Below are positions 1 through 10,237 of a stretch of DNA of 64,000 nucleotides, one piece after another. The position numbers and the translations under genes were made by a program. The DNA is from Patescibacteria group bacterium. Lineage in GTDB: Bacteria > Patescibacteriota > UBA1384 > CAJBMM01. The DNA is taken from NCBI GenBank assembly GCA_041660565.1, contig JBAZWC010000002.1:85520-149519 (forward strand), written 5' to 3'. Under the pieces are notes generated by a model that did no database searches, was not told where the DNA came from, and saw nothing but the letters and a program-made list of their open reading frames with translations. Positions within the stretch are counted from its first letter, which is position 1, and each line of letters begins with the position of its first letter.

Positions 1-1843
1 CGAATGGAATCATGGCATGCACGTTTTTTAAGTCGTATGCTTCGCGCACTTTTTTAAGAGCAGCAACTTCTAGCGCAAACACATCGGGCTCGCGAATGTA
101 GCGGCAAGCTCCACGATAACCGATCATCGGATTATTTTCCTGAAACTCAAACTCGGCGCCACCTTTAAGATTTCGATATTCATTGGTTTTGAAATCGGTA
201 AAGCGATAAATTACCGGACGAGGTGCAAACGCGGCAGCAATAGTATGAATGCCTTCGGCCAATTTATCAGTAAATTCTCCGCCACGCCCCGCTTTAAGCA
301 TTGCGCGTGGATGCTCACCAATACCAGCAATAATGAACTCGGCGCGCATCAGCCCAACCCCGTCTACCGGTAGCTTGGCAATTTTCTCCGCTAATTCTGG
401 CTCACCTAAATTAACATAAACCTTGGTACCGGTAACCGGAACAGATTCGGCCGAAACCGATGTACCCGAAACTGCGGCGGCTGCGGCTGCTTTTACATTA
501 TTATTTAATTCCACTTTCCCTTTGTATACCTGTCCATTTTGACCATCTACCGTAATCATTTGACCGGTTTTGAGCACCGAGGTAGCGGTACCGGTACCAA
601 CCACACATGGGATGCCTAATTCACGGCTGACAATGGCAGCGTGACAAGTGCGACCACCGGTGTCGGTTACAATTCCGGCGGCGCGGCGCATTGCCGGTAC
701 AAAATCTGGCGTGGTCATCTCGGTTACTAACACGTCGCCCTCATTAACCTTGTCTATTTCGGATGGTTTGTGAATAATTTTAACCGGGCCAAACGCCGAA
801 CCCATTGATGCCGGAGCCCCTTTTAGCAAAATCAGATCGGCGGAAACTTTTACCGGTGCCTCGGCCGAATTATTTGCCGCGGCTGCAGTATCAACGTCTT
901 TTAAGGTAGTCACCGGACGAGATTGAACCATAAAGACATGGCTGCCTTCTATTGCCCACTCGGTATCTTGCGGCGAACCATAATGATCTTCAATTTTTTT
1001 AGCGATAGCGGCGAGCGCCAAAATTTCTTCGTCGCTTAATTTTTGCACACTCTGCTCACCTTTTGGCACATTAACGTGCTTATCACCCTGTTTAGATTTA
1101 ACGATCTTCCAAGTCTGAGTATGTAATTCTTTATTGGCAATTTTCATCGTTGCTTTATCAACCACATACCGGTCTGGTGTCACCGAACCGGAAACAATCG
1201 CTTCGCCCAAGCCCCACCCGGCTTCAATTACAATTTTGGTCAAATCTGAAGTAACCGGATCAACGGTAAACATAATACCGGATTTATCGCTTTCCACCAT
1301 CCGCTGCACCGGCACCGCCAGCGCAACTTTGAAATGTTCGTATTTATTGATAATGCGATAGTAAATGGCGCGGGCTTCGAATAACGAGGCATAAGCGCGT
1401 TGTACCGCGTGCACCACTTCGGCATCGCCCGAAACATTCAAAAATGTGGCTTGCTGACCGGCAAAAGAGGCATCGGGCAAATCTTCGGCGGTGGCGCTTG
1501 ATCTAACCGCCACCAAAACATCGTCTCCCATCATTTGATACGAATCGATAATTTCGGTTTCCAACGCTTTGGGCATTGGAGTGGCCATGATTAGTTTTTT
1601 AATATCTCGGCTAATGCTCTGTAGTTTTTTAGAGTCTTCGGGATTAACGTCTTTTAGCATTGTTACTAGTTTGCTAGCCAAGCCGGTTTTTTTAACGTAA
1701 TTAAAATAAGCGTCTGCGGTAACGATGAATCCGGATGGCACTGGCAGGCCAGCCTTGGTCATTTCACCTAAGTTTGCCCCCTTACCGCCTACTAAGGCAA
1801 CGTCATCTTTACCAACTTCGGAAAACCACACAATTTGCTTCAT
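1..1843 (-). CDS. ppsA: phosphoenolpyruvate synthase (3' end runs off the window)
   Basis: Manual translation of the minus strand from ATG 1843 (SD GGAGG) gives MKQIVWFSEVGKDDVALVGGKGANLGEM..., with VAVRSSATAEDLPDASFAGQQ and TCHAAIVSRELGIP (phospho-His) motifs. Confidence 0.95.
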   Translation of the reverse strand, partial: MKQIVWFSEVGKDDVALVGGKGANLGEMTKAGLPVPSGFIVTADAYFNYVKKTGLASKLVTMLKDVNPEDSKKLQSISRDIKKLIMATPMPKALETEIIDSYQMMGDDVLVAVRSSATAEDLPDASFAGQQATFLNVSGDAEVVHAVQRAYASLFEARAIYYRIINKYEHFKVALAVPVQRMVESDKSGIMFTVDPVTSDLTKIVIEAGWGLGEAIVSGSVTPDRYVVDKATMKIANKELHTQTWKIVKSKQGDKHVNVPKGEQSVQKLSDEEILALAAIAKKIEDHYGSPQDTEWAIEGSHVFMVQSRPVTTLKDVDTAAAANNSAEAPVKVSADLILLKGAPASMGSAFGPVKIIHKPSEIDKVNEGDVLVTEMTTPDFVPAMRRAAGIVTDTGGRTCHAAIVSRELGIPCVVGTGTATSVLKTGQMITVDGQNGQVYKGKVELNNNVKAAAAAAVSGTSVSAESVPVTGTKVYVNLGEPELAEKIAKLPVDGVGLMRAEFIIAGIGEHPRAMLKAGRGGEFTDKLAEGIHTIAAAFAPRPVIYRFTDFKTNEYRNLKGGAEFEFQENNPMIGYRGACRYIREPDVFALEVAALKKVREAYDLKNVHAMIPF

Positions 1844-1947
1844 TTACCCTCCTACTTTAAAACTCGCCTATGTTTAGGCCTACTATTAGTCTATCAATCA
1901 GAGACAGAAATGTATAGGGGATGGATGACAGAGGATAGATTGTCTTC

Positions 1948-1980
1948 TGCCATTCCGGATTTAATCCGGAATCTATATAA
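1948..1980 (+). repeat. REP-like palindrome TG(T/C)CATTCCGG-N-CCGGAATCTATATAA, copy 1
   Basis: Near-identical copies at 3335, 16828, 34018 and 61027. Confidence 0.85.
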
Positions 1981-1985
1981 AAGTC

Positions 1986-2028
1986 CCTTCTCCTCGAGAG
2001 GAGAAGGCGTCCGGAGGGCGGATGAGGA
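1986..2028 (+). repeat. second palindromic element (CCTTCTCCTCGAGAGGAGAAGG...GGATGAGG)
   Basis: Inverted repeat lying directly after the REP-like copy. Confidence 0.5.
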
Positions 2029-2038
2029 GGACAATCAA

Positions 2039-2098
2039 TTGTTAAATGATAAATAAAGGAGTAAATTAAAGCTGAAATCACGGCCGTACATTCACAAC
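2039..2098 (+). promoter_or_regulatory. sigma70-like promoter plus boxA-like motif of GC-rich cassette 1
   Basis: TTGTTA(2039)-17 nt-TAAATT(2062), a small hairpin, then GTACATTCACAAC (2086-2098). Confidence 0.55.
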
Positions 2099-2118
2099 CA
2101 GAAGGGTGGTGAGATAAG

Positions 2119-2562
2119 ATGCATTCTATGACTGCGTCCGATGCCGTCGAGAGAAGATGCGACCGTCCACGGTGCTTGCCCAAAAGCCAACCGATGATGA
2201 AACCACGATTTCTCATCAAAGGCATCGTTGCCAAATTCGACAAGGGTGTCAGAGTCTGGTGCAAAACCTACTTGCCCGAATTCCACGTGGCACCCGTCGG
2301 ACAAGCTGAGTGCGTACTTGATCAGGGATCGGTTTATCTGATCGGTCCTGTGGATGGAGTCGAACACGCCCGGTGTCAGTTAACCGACTATGGAGATGCC
2401 CTGCCTGGGTTCTACGCGGCGTACGCACTCGGCCGAAAGGGAGCGCTTTCTCCGATCATCAAGGGACCCGCGTACAACGTCCATGCGCCAGGTGCGGTTG
2501 TGCCACTTGCCGCTCTGCCAACCGCAGAACAAGTAGCGGAACATGCAAGACGATGCAGATGA
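2119..2562 (+). CDS. hypothetical protein (GC-rich cassette 1)
   Basis: 147 aa ORF, first of four closely spaced co-oriented ORFs, with SD-like GGTGGTGA. Confidence 0.6.
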   Translation: MHSMTASDAVERRCDRPRCLPKSQPMMKPRFLIKGIVAKFDKGVRVWCKTYLPEFHVAPVGQAECVLDQGSVYLIGPVDGVEHARCQLTDYGDALPGFYAAYALGRKGALSPIIKGPAYNVHAPGAVVPLAALPTAEQVAEHARRCR

Positions 2563-2577
2563 GCAAGGAGCGGATTG

Positions 2578-2820
2578 ATGTCAGATACAAACGCGCAAGT
2601 AGTTGAACCACTATCCGATGTTGATCGACTGACCAAACTCGAGCAGGAGCAGGCGAGAATGCGTGATCAGTTTACTGCGCTAGAACGTCGAGTGAGCCAG
2701 CTCGCCACCGAGAACGAACGGCTTAACCGACGAACACTGCCGATGCAGACGTTTGGCGGCCCACCGAATGATGGCGGCGGCCTATTGGACGACACCCTAG
2801 ACGGTATGCCACCCTTGTAA
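2578..2820 (+). CDS. small coiled-coil protein
   Basis: SD AAGGAG; heptad pattern LTKLEQEQARMRDQFTALERRVSQLATENERL. Confidence 0.7.
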   Translation: MSDTNAQVVEPLSDVDRLTKLEQEQARMRDQFTALERRVSQLATENERLNRRTLPMQTFGGPPNDGGGLLDDTLDGMPPL

Positions 2821-2843
2821 GCACAATAAGGAGGTGATGCTAC

Positions 2844-3044
2844 TTGTCAGACAAGCCAAATCGCCCATGGCACCCGACGCGATTGTCCAAGGCAGGTCTA
2901 GAAACAACTCTCACGTCGAAGTGGAATGACGCCGGCAACCCGGACAGATGTGTCGGCGACTCAAGCGTACAAGGGCTCGGGCTTGGGGAGCTGATCAATG
3001 AGTTGGCACTCAGAGGTACAACCAGAACGCGACCCGCCAAGTAG
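2844..3044 (+). CDS. small hypothetical protein
   Basis: Strong SD GAGGTGAT before a TTG start; 66 aa. Confidence 0.6.
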   Translation: MSDKPNRPWHPTRLSKAGLETTLTSKWNDAGNPDRCVGDSSVQGLGLGELINELALRGTTRTRPAK

Positions 3045-3062
3045 CGCCATACGGAGGAGACA

Positions 3063-3266
3063 ATGCCGAACGACAGCCATGTTACTCCGCTTGCGCCTGA
3101 GGGAATCTCCGAGATTACCGATCAAGACGGCACTCTGACCGAAGAGCTTGATTCCCAAGCCCTGGAGTCGTTCGCCAGCAGGAGCAAGTACATCCACGAA
3201 CGGACCAAACTGCTAGCCGCGTACTATCGGGGCCACCCCTTCGAGGACTTTCGGATAACCGCATGA
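3063..3266 (+). CDS. small acidic hypothetical protein
   Basis: SD GGAGGAG; 67 aa; followed by a terminator. Confidence 0.65.
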   Translation: MPNDSHVTPLAPEGISEITDQDGTLTEELDSQALESFASRSKYIHERTKLLAAYYRGHPFEDFRITA

Positions 3267-3277
3267 CCACGCACAAC

Positions 3278-3318
3278 AGGAGCCCCGGCAAACCAGCCGT
3301 GCGGCTCCTTCTTTTTAT
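3278..3318 (+). terminator. intrinsic terminator of cassette 1
   Basis: AGGAGCC...GGCTCCT stem followed by TCTTTTT. Confidence 0.75.
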
Positions 3319-3334
3319 CTAACTCGCCACGAGC

Positions 3335-3367
3335 TGTCATTCCGGGCTCGACCCGGAATCTATATAA
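3335..3367 (+). repeat. REP-like palindrome, copy 2
   Basis: TGTCATTCCGGGCTCGACCCGGAATCTATATAA. Confidence 0.85.
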
Positions 3368-3408
3368 AAAAATTCAACGTTAATTGTTAACTGTTAATAG
3401 TTAATTGT

Positions 3409-3864
3409 TTAATCACCTTTTATAATTCGATAAACCGCACCACTACTAAACCCGCGGGATTGTAAAAATCGGGCTAGCTTTTGTTTCGTTTCTTGATCGT
3501 CCAAATTATGATAATGAGACAGTTGTTTTTCGGCTACTTTTTTTGCCAAATCGTACTCTTCCTCAGCCGATAACTTGCTAGCGTCAGCAGCAATCTCTTT
3601 ACTAATGCCGCGTTGACGTAATTTTAATTGCAAATATCGCCCGCCAATTGGCGCACTTCGCGAACGATAAGCCACATAATCGTGTGCGTACTTAACGTCA
3701 TCAATTAATTTCAATTCCTCAAGCCGAGCAATGGTCTGGCTAATAATTTCGTCTTTAAATTCGCGCTTTTTTAGCTTCTCTATCATCTTAAATCTGGTCT
3801 GACTGGCACGATTTAAGATTTTTAACGCATCACCAAAACATCTTGTTAGATCTTGTTCTGACAT
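3409..3864 (-). CDS. recX: regulatory protein RecX
   Basis: Downstream of recA; LIDDVKYA, KLRQRGI and FLQSRGF motifs. Confidence 0.9.
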   Translation of the reverse strand: MSEQDLTRCFGDALKILNRASQTRFKMIEKLKKREFKDEIISQTIARLEELKLIDDVKYAHDYVAYRSRSAPIGGRYLQLKLRQRGISKEIAADASKLSAEEEYDLAKKVAEKQLSHYHNLDDQETKQKLARFLQSRGFSSGAVYRIIKGD

Positions 3865-3960
3865 TGTACCTCCAATTAGGGAATTTTAGGGTGATTAGGG
3901 ACTTTGGGGGATCCGTCGGTTATCCCAATGACCCTAATGCCCATAATCCCCCTAATGTAT

Positions 3961-5025
3961 TTAGTCTTCTGGCAATGCCACTACTGGCGCAACCGCTCCG
4001 GATAGATATTTTTCACGAATAGTATTTTCAATTTTATCAGCTAAATCTTGATGAGCTCTTAAGAAATTACGCGCCGCTTCTCGGCCTTGCCCTAATTTTT
4101 CCTCACCCAAAGTGAACCAAGACCCGGATTTGTCTATTACCCCACAGGCAACACCCAAATCTAAAATTTCGCCTTCATGGCTGATACCCTGATTATATAG
4201 GATATCGAACTCAGCTACCTTAAACGGTGGGGCTACTTTGTTCTTAACCACTTTAACCGTGCAGTGTGAGCCGATTACGTTTTCACCCTCTTTAATCTGT
4301 TCTTTGCGGCGGATATCTAACCGTACCGAGGCATAAAACTTAAGCGCATTACCACCGGTGGTGGTTTCGGGGTTGCCAAACATTATTCCAATTTTCATTC
4401 TAATTTGGTTAATGAAGATAACAATTGTTTTTGATTTAGAGATAGCACCCGCCAATTTACGTAATGCCTGGCTCATCAATCGCGCTTGCACTCCCACCAT
4501 CGCATCACCCATTTCACCTTCAATTTCGGCACGTGGCACCAATGCCGCCACCGAGTCTATCACTACCACATCTACCGCATTTGAGCGTACCAAAGTCTCC
4601 ACAATTTCCAGCGCTTGCTCACCGGTATCTGGCTGTGAAATTAGCAACTCATCCAAATTTATACCTAATTTACGCGCGTATTCCGGATCAAAAGCGTGCT
4701 CGGCATCTACCACTGCCGCCGTACCACCTTTTTTCTGTGCCGATGCCGCAATATGAATGGCTAGAGTAGTTTTACCTGAGCTTTCAGGCCCATATATTTC
4801 AATAATGCGTCCGCGCGGTATTCCCCCACCCACAGCGATATCCAGCGATAGCGACCCAGAGGGGATAGTTTCCACCTGCATTCCCACTGCTTCGCCCAAC
4901 TTCATAATTGCACCCTTGCCAAACTGCTTTTCGATTTGCATCATCGCCATTTTCAACACTTCGGCTTTACCGCTATCTACCGGGCCGGTTTTTTCAACCA
5001 CTTCTTTGACTTCTTTCTTTGCCAT
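3961..5025 (-). CDS. recA: recombinase RecA
   Basis: GPESSGKTT Walker A and [19 protein letters not shown] motifs. Confidence 0.99.
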   Translation of the reverse strand: MAKKEVKEVVEKTGPVDSGKAEVLKMAMMQIEKQFGKGAIMKLGEAVGMQVETIPSGSLSLDIAVGGGIPRGRIIEIYGPESSGKTTLAIHIAASAQKKGGTAAVVDAEHAFDPEYARKLGINLDELLISQPDTGEQALEIVETLVRSNAVDVVVIDSVAALVPRAEIEGEMGDAMVGVQARLMSQALRKLAGAISKSKTIVIFINQIRMKIGIMFGNPETTTGGNALKFYASVRLDIRRKEQIKEGENVIGSHCTVKVVKNKVAPPFKVAEFDILYNQGISHEGEILDLGVACGVIDKSGSWFTLGEEKLGQGREAARNFLRAHQDLADKIENTIREKYLSGAVAPVVALPED

Positions 5026-5058
5026 CACATTCCTTTGTTAATTGTTAATTGTTAATTG

Positions 5059-5820
5059 TTAATTGTTAATTGTTTTTTCAACCTTAATACTTCGAGTAAT
5101 TGAACGTAACTTCCCCGTTCTGGATTCTGCGGTGATGATGATGGTGTGAATACCCACTTCGCCCGCGTTAACTTCTTGCGCAAAATTGCCGTTTTCGTCC
5201 ACCGGAATCACTTGGCTACCCACCTTAACCGTTACTCCAGGCTCGGTTTTTCCCGATACCGTAAAGGTGCGAGAACTAACAACCGCTTGTTCAGACGGGC
5301 TGGAGATTGAAACCATTGGCACACCACTAAAAAAGTAAACTTGCGTGGCCAAATACCCAACAATCGCAATGACAGCCAGCGATATCACCGAAACCCAAAT
5401 CAATTTTGGGGTAATGGCAAATCGACTCAGCCGCAGGTTAGATTTATACGATAGGTTTGACAACGACGCTTGATTAGCCACACCGTACTCTTTTTGGAAC
5501 TGAGATAGTAGTTTAGTCGGATTAAGTTTCAAAAAACTGGCGTAATTCTGCAAAAATCCGGAAACATAAACCGAGTTAGGTAGCTGATAATACTTGGCGT
5601 TCTCTAGTGCTTCCAAATATTTAGCACGGATTAAAGTGCGCCGTTCGGCTTCTAACAGATCAATACCCATTTTTAAGCGCGCACGACGCAATTTTTCGCC
5701 CACAGTCAGCGGCACCTCAACAGATTTAGTTTTTTTACGTTTTGAAGCATTTTTTTTACTTAAAACAGCGTCTGAAGACGGTAGTTTAGGTAAAATTGAG
5801 GCGGATTTTACGGTTGTCAT
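5059..5820 (-). CDS. RodZ-like HTH_25 membrane protein with C-terminal Ig-like domain
   Basis: GEKLRRAR...YLEALE...GFLQNYASFL HTH, a single TM helix, and a beta-rich C-terminus. Confidence 0.8.
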   Translation of the reverse strand: MTTVKSASILPKLPSSDAVLSKKNASKRKKTKSVEVPLTVGEKLRRARLKMGIDLLEAERRTLIRAKYLEALENAKYYQLPNSVYVSGFLQNYASFLKLNPTKLLSQFQKEYGVANQASLSNLSYKSNLRLSRFAITPKLIWVSVISLAVIAIVGYLATQVYFFSGVPMVSISSPSEQAVVSSRTFTVSGKTEPGVTVKVGSQVIPVDENGNFAQEVNAGEVGIHTIIITAESRTGKLRSITRSIKVEKTINN

Positions 5821-5872
5821 TTGCCCCTATCATAACGCAACGGAGGCAAAAAACAAGAGGACGCATTTTCCC

Positions 5873-5965
5873 TGTCATTCCCGCGAAGGCGGGAATCCAG
5901 TCTATAAAATAATTTTCTTGCTGGATCCCCGAATATTCCGCCAGCTGGCGGAGTCGGGGATAACA
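5873..5965 (+). repeat. REP doublet (TGTCATTCCCGCGAAGGCGGGAATCCAG...CTGGATCCCCG...) with inserted TCCGCCAGCTGGCGGA palindrome
   Basis: Two inverted palindromic halves; the inner 16-mer palindrome recurs at 41479. Confidence 0.75.
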
Positions 5966-6142
5966 AGGGGTTCAGTCACTCCGAGACTAACTCAGAGAGT
6001 GGGCTGTTCGTGTTAGCCCCCGGTTTCCGAAGCAGAGCGAGGTACCGCCTCTACAATGCTCGTGATACATTCCTCCATCTTCCATTCTCTCTATCCTCTA
6101 TCTTCTGATTTGTGTTACTATATTAGTGTACAAGGAGGGCTA

Positions 6143-8293
6143 TTGCCTCGACATAAACGTCGACAAACCGGCCCGCGTTTTTGGCAACGCAAAAAAGATC
6201 GCGGCAAAGGTTATCAATTTGATTTCGGCATGAAAGAAGAGACACGTCGCGAAACCGTGGCGATTGTCAGTTTAGTGTTATTCCTTATATATATGTTGGC
6301 AATCTTTGGTTACGCCGGTCATTTTGGCAACTTTGTCTTAACTCAAACGCGCATTTTAATTGGTTTGTTGGCCTATTTGTTGCCATTTATCTTTTTGACC
6401 GTTGTCGCCAGCATTGTAAACCCCAAAATGTTTGAAATTCGCCTGTCCACCGTGGTTGGCATTATCTTATTCTTTTTCAGTTTTGGCGGATTATTGCAGA
6501 TGCTATTAAATAATGACAACCCGGTTAGCTTAGCTTATTCCGGTAGCGGTGGCGGCTTAGCGGGATATTTTTCAGTCTATATTTTGTCATCAGTAGTAGG
6601 CAGTATTGCCACTTTCTTGATTTTATTTGCGGTGATGTTACTTTCGGTCTCAATGTCGCTTAATACATCGATTCTAAAGCTATTTGCATCTTTCTTTAAC
6701 AACGAAGAAGACGACCGCCGCATCACCGTAAACGAGGGCGGCAACAAAGTTTCGGTCTTTACCACAGTCAAAAAAGGCTTTTCCGGGTTTAGATTTGGCA
6801 AAAACAAAGACTTGCCGTCTAAGGCACCGGTGTTAGAGGTAAAACCAATTGGTATGCCTAAGTCTGGTGGTGATGGAGTTTGGAGTCCCCCGCCAATGGA
6901 TTTGCTGGAAATTCCCGAAAATAACAAAGCTAATCCGGGCAATATTCAAAAGAATGTGGAAGTGATAGAAAAAACGCTGCGAGAATTTAGCATTGACGTT
7001 ACAATGCAAGACGTTAACATTGGGCCAACGGTAACGCAGTACACGTTCAAACCAACCGAAGGGGTAAAGCTGGCCAACATTACCGCCCGCAGCAACGATT
7101 TGGCGTTAGCGCTTGCAGCCAAAAGTTTGCGCATGGAAGCACCAATTCCGGGGCAATCGGCGGTTGGAGTGGAAATTCCAAACAAGCAAACCGCGCGGGT
7201 TACGCTGCGTGAGCTGCTGGAATCAAAAGAATATCAATCTAGCAAAGGTAAACTAACTATCCCTCTTGGAAGAGATGTTGCCGGCACCCCAATGGTAATT
7301 GACCTAGAAAAAATGCCTCACTTACTCATTGCCGGCGCTACCGGCTCTGGAAAATCAGTCGCCATTAACTCTATTATTATTAGTTATATAATGAATAACG
7401 CCCCGGCCGATTTGAGATTACTATTGGTTGATCCGAAACGGGTTGAACTAACCGGCTACAACGGCATCCCGCATTTGTCCACCCCGGTGATTACCGAACC
7501 GGAAAAGACCGTCAATGCCTTAAAATGGGCAGTGAGCGAGATGGAAAATCGATATCGATTATTTGCCGATTTAGGCGCGCGCAACTTAGCGGCATACAAT
7601 GAAAAACCGGGCCCATTAGGCAAGTTGCCACATATCGTCATTATCATCGACGAGTTAGCAGATTTAATGGCAGTATCGGCCAATGACGTTGAATCATCAA
7701 TCGTTCGCCTAGCCCAGATGGCCCGCGCCATCGGTATTCATTTAATCGTAGCGACACAGCGCCCAAGCGTAGATGTAATCACCGGATTAATTAAGGCCAA
7801 CATTCCCTCCCGCATCGCCTTTACTGTGGCCAGCCAGGTTGACTCGCGCACCATTTTAGACGTTGGCGGCGCTGAAAAACTACTTGGACTTGGTGATATG
7901 TTATACATCGGCGGAGATATTACCAAACCAAAACGTATTCAGGGCTGTTTTGTGAGTGATAAAGAGATCAATAGCATTACCAACTTCTTGAAAAAAGACC
8001 AGTTTGTGCAATATGATGAGTCTATCACCGAATACCACTCTACCGGCGCATCTGTTGCCGGCAGCGGTAACGGCGTATCCGAGGATGATTTATATAATGA
8101 TGCGGTGTCGGTGGTAGTTCAGGCCGGAAAAGCCTCGGCATCACTATTGCAAAGACGAATGCGCATTGGTTACGCACGTGCTGCCAGATTACTTGATCTG
8201 CTTGAGGCAGAGGGCGTCATTGGCCCACCGGATGGCGCAAGACCGAGGGACGTGCTGGTTTCACCAACCGAATTGCATACAGAGGACAGATAA
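6143..8293 (+). CDS. ftsK: DNA translocase FtsK/SpoIIIE
   Basis: N-terminal TM region, GATGSGKS, IIIDELADLM, ATQRPS and gamma domain (SASLLQRRMRIGYARAAR); TTG start after AAGGAGG. Confidence 0.97.
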   Translation: MPRHKRRQTGPRFWQRKKDRGKGYQFDFGMKEETRRETVAIVSLVLFLIYMLAIFGYAGHFGNFVLTQTRILIGLLAYLLPFIFLTVVASIVNPKMFEIRLSTVVGIILFFFSFGGLLQMLLNNDNPVSLAYSGSGGGLAGYFSVYILSSVVGSIATFLILFAVMLLSVSMSLNTSILKLFASFFNNEEDDRRITVNEGGNKVSVFTTVKKGFSGFRFGKNKDLPSKAPVLEVKPIGMPKSGGDGVWSPPPMDLLEIPENNKANPGNIQKNVEVIEKTLREFSIDVTMQDVNIGPTVTQYTFKPTEGVKLANITARSNDLALALAAKSLRMEAPIPGQSAVGVEIPNKQTARVTLRELLESKEYQSSKGKLTIPLGRDVAGTPMVIDLEKMPHLLIAGATGSGKSVAINSIIISYIMNNAPADLRLLLVDPKRVELTGYNGIPHLSTPVITEPEKTVNALKWAVSEMENRYRLFADLGARNLAAYNEKPGPLGKLPHIVIIIDELADLMAVSANDVESSIVRLAQMARAIGIHLIVATQRPSVDVITGLIKANIPSRIAFTVASQVDSRTILDVGGAEKLLGLGDMLYIGGDITKPKRIQGCFVSDKEINSITNFLKKDQFVQYDESITEYHSTGASVAGSGNGVSEDDLYNDAVSVVVQAGKASASLLQRRMRIGYARAARLLDLLEAEGVIGPPDGARPRDVLVSPTELHTEDR

Positions 8294-8327
8294 TAGAAAT
8301 TTCAAATTAATTTATTATGGAGGTAGC

Positions 8328-8651
8328 ATGAGTCACCACGACGACGAGCCGATAATCCCAATTGCTAGCGAGGAAGATCAATCTTCTTCACAGAGGGCAA
8401 AATTAGAGATTTTACATAAAACAACCACCGATAGAATTGTTGAATTGCGTACCGCCGAAGACGCGATTATGCAAGAGATCGAAAAGGGCGTTGCCGGTCA
8501 TCTTGGAGACGATAAAATTAGTGAGTTAAGATCTAAACAATCCGAGATTCATACCGAAACCGAACAGCTATCGGTAAAATTAACCAAAATTGAGTTCGAC
8601 CTTGAACAACTAAAGCAACAAGAGCCAAAAACTGAAAATTCGAAGCACTAA
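8328..8651 (+). CDS. coiled-coil hypothetical protein
   Basis: SD GGAGGT before ATG 8328; heptad-rich. Confidence 0.65.
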   Translation: MSHHDDEPIIPIASEEDQSSSQRAKLEILHKTTTDRIVELRTAEDAIMQEIEKGVAGHLGDDKISELRSKQSEIHTETEQLSVKLTKIEFDLEQLKQQEPKTENSKH

Positions 8652-8800
8652 ACTCGAAGCACGAAACAAATTCAGAAATATAAATTAAAAAAACCATAGT
8701 ACAAGCTTTAGCTTGCTTTCAAATTTGTGCATAAACACGCTAAAGCGTGGGCCACGTTTTTTGTTTTTTTTCGTATTTCGAAATTCGGATTTCGTGCTTA
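8633..8800. repeat. AT-rich intergenic element (AAATTCGAAGCACTAAA...TTCGTGCTT family)
   Basis: Similar to 27661-27822 and 36370-36495, with loosely inverted ends. Confidence 0.6.
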
Positions 8801-8804
8801 TGGT

Positions 8805-9305
8805 TTACTTGTCACTATTCGCCACATGCGCTCGACTGTGGCGGATTAGATCTATGACCGAATCAGGCGAAGAAACGCCGTGTAAAATCACTGTGCGTTC
8901 GCTAGTCTCGCTTTCTAACGTTATTGTGCCATAGTTCAATAACTGCCCTATTATCCCAGCATGACCCTCTACTCTGGATAAATCATGCAAACTGATGTAT
9001 TTTTTTTGGTGAGTAATAAAGCCCTCAATCACCTCAATAGTTGATTCAGTCAAAATATAATATGTGCTGTACCAATCCATTAAAATAATAAACGCAATAA
9101 TGCAAATACAAAACACAATTACCAATATTACTAGTCCAATTGCACCATAAGATAAATCTAAGCCATTACTAATATTCAAAAAAACGCCAATTAGCCCTAA
9201 ACCAACCAAAAAGAACACCGCCATTGGCCCAACCAAAAACCAGCGCGATTTATGCACCTTAAAAATTTGCATTGGTTTGTCCGAAGTAGGTAAGTTGTCT
9301 TCCAT
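8805..9305 (-). CDS. bacterial PH-domain (bPH_2) membrane protein
   Basis: Two TM helices, then WYSTYYILTE...GQLLNYGTITLES. Confidence 0.85.
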   Translation of the reverse strand: MEDNLPTSDKPMQIFKVHKSRWFLVGPMAVFFLVGLGLIGVFLNISNGLDLSYGAIGLVILVIVFCICIIAFIILMDWYSTYYILTESTIEVIEGFITHQKKYISLHDLSRVEGHAGIIGQLLNYGTITLESETSERTVILHGVSSPDSVIDLIRHSRAHVANSDK

Positions 9306-9332
9306 AGCTTGCATTATAACACACTTTTCTCG

Positions 9333-9625
9333 TTGTCATTCCGGCGCTATGAGTATGTCGATCCGAGTACTCTGGCCTCCGGCTCTACAAGCCGATAGGC
9401 TCGGAGAGAGAAATCTAATAGAATATCACATGAATAATTTTAAATTCTAAAGCATGAAACTTGCGAGCTCGGCTCGCACAGTTACGAAATTGCTGAAGCA
9501 ATTATAAATTTTAAAAAGGTTCCTTATTTAGTCATTTAAAATTGGCAACCATTCATTTGATAATCCCGAGCGTTCCGCGAGTGATTTCGATGCTAAGCAT
9601 CTAATTAAAAATTAAAAAATTTATA
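9333..9625. repeat. composite intergenic repeat cluster
   Basis: A TGTCATT-type REP plus modules shared with 45566-45746, 20927-21041 and 27682-27726. Confidence 0.7.
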
Positions 9626-9675
9626 TTTCACTTTCACGGATTGTGAAGTTTTGCTTGATCTACTATACTAATTCT

Positions 9676-10182
9676 ATGCCACCTAATCCGCAAGTTATCA
9701 CCACCACACGTGCTACAGCCGTACCGATGCTCTCATCTGAAACGGAGATTTTTCGCGTACATAAAAGTTACTTTTTCCTAATTGCCCCGATTATTTTTGT
9801 CTCCCTGGTTGGAATAGCACTGATTATCGCCATAAACGTGCTCTCAAATCAGATCCCAACAAACTTAATTAACTACTTACGTATTGGCATTATTGCGATG
9901 ATCGTCTTTATTGATGCTTTAATTTGGTTTGATTGGCTGACTACTATCTATACCTTAACCAATCGAAGAATACAGTACCGTTTTGGTGTTATTGGCGAAC
10001 AAACAAAAACTATTGCCCTAGATCAGATCACCGACAACAAGGTGGTTATCGGTATTTTTGGACGCATTTTTAACTATGGCGATGTGGTAATAGATGCCGC
10101 CCATATTAATAGCACTATTTCATTCAAAGGAATCGGCTCTGCTGAAAGCCGAAAAGATCAGATTGACAATGCAAAAGGGTAA
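9676..10182 (+). CDS. bacterial PH-domain (bPH_2) membrane protein
   Basis: Two TM helices; WLTTIYTLTNRRI...GRIFNYGDVVI; paralog of 8805-9305. Confidence 0.85.
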   Translation: MPPNPQVITTTRATAVPMLSSETEIFRVHKSYFFLIAPIIFVSLVGIALIIAINVLSNQIPTNLINYLRIGIIAMIVFIDALIWFDWLTTIYTLTNRRIQYRFGVIGEQTKTIALDQITDNKVVIGIFGRIFNYGDVVIDAAHINSTISFKGIGSAESRKDQIDNAKG

Positions 10183-10237
10183 ATTTTTAGGGCCGGCCGC
10201 GTAACAACGCAACCGACCCTACCTCCCCCTCGTCAAG

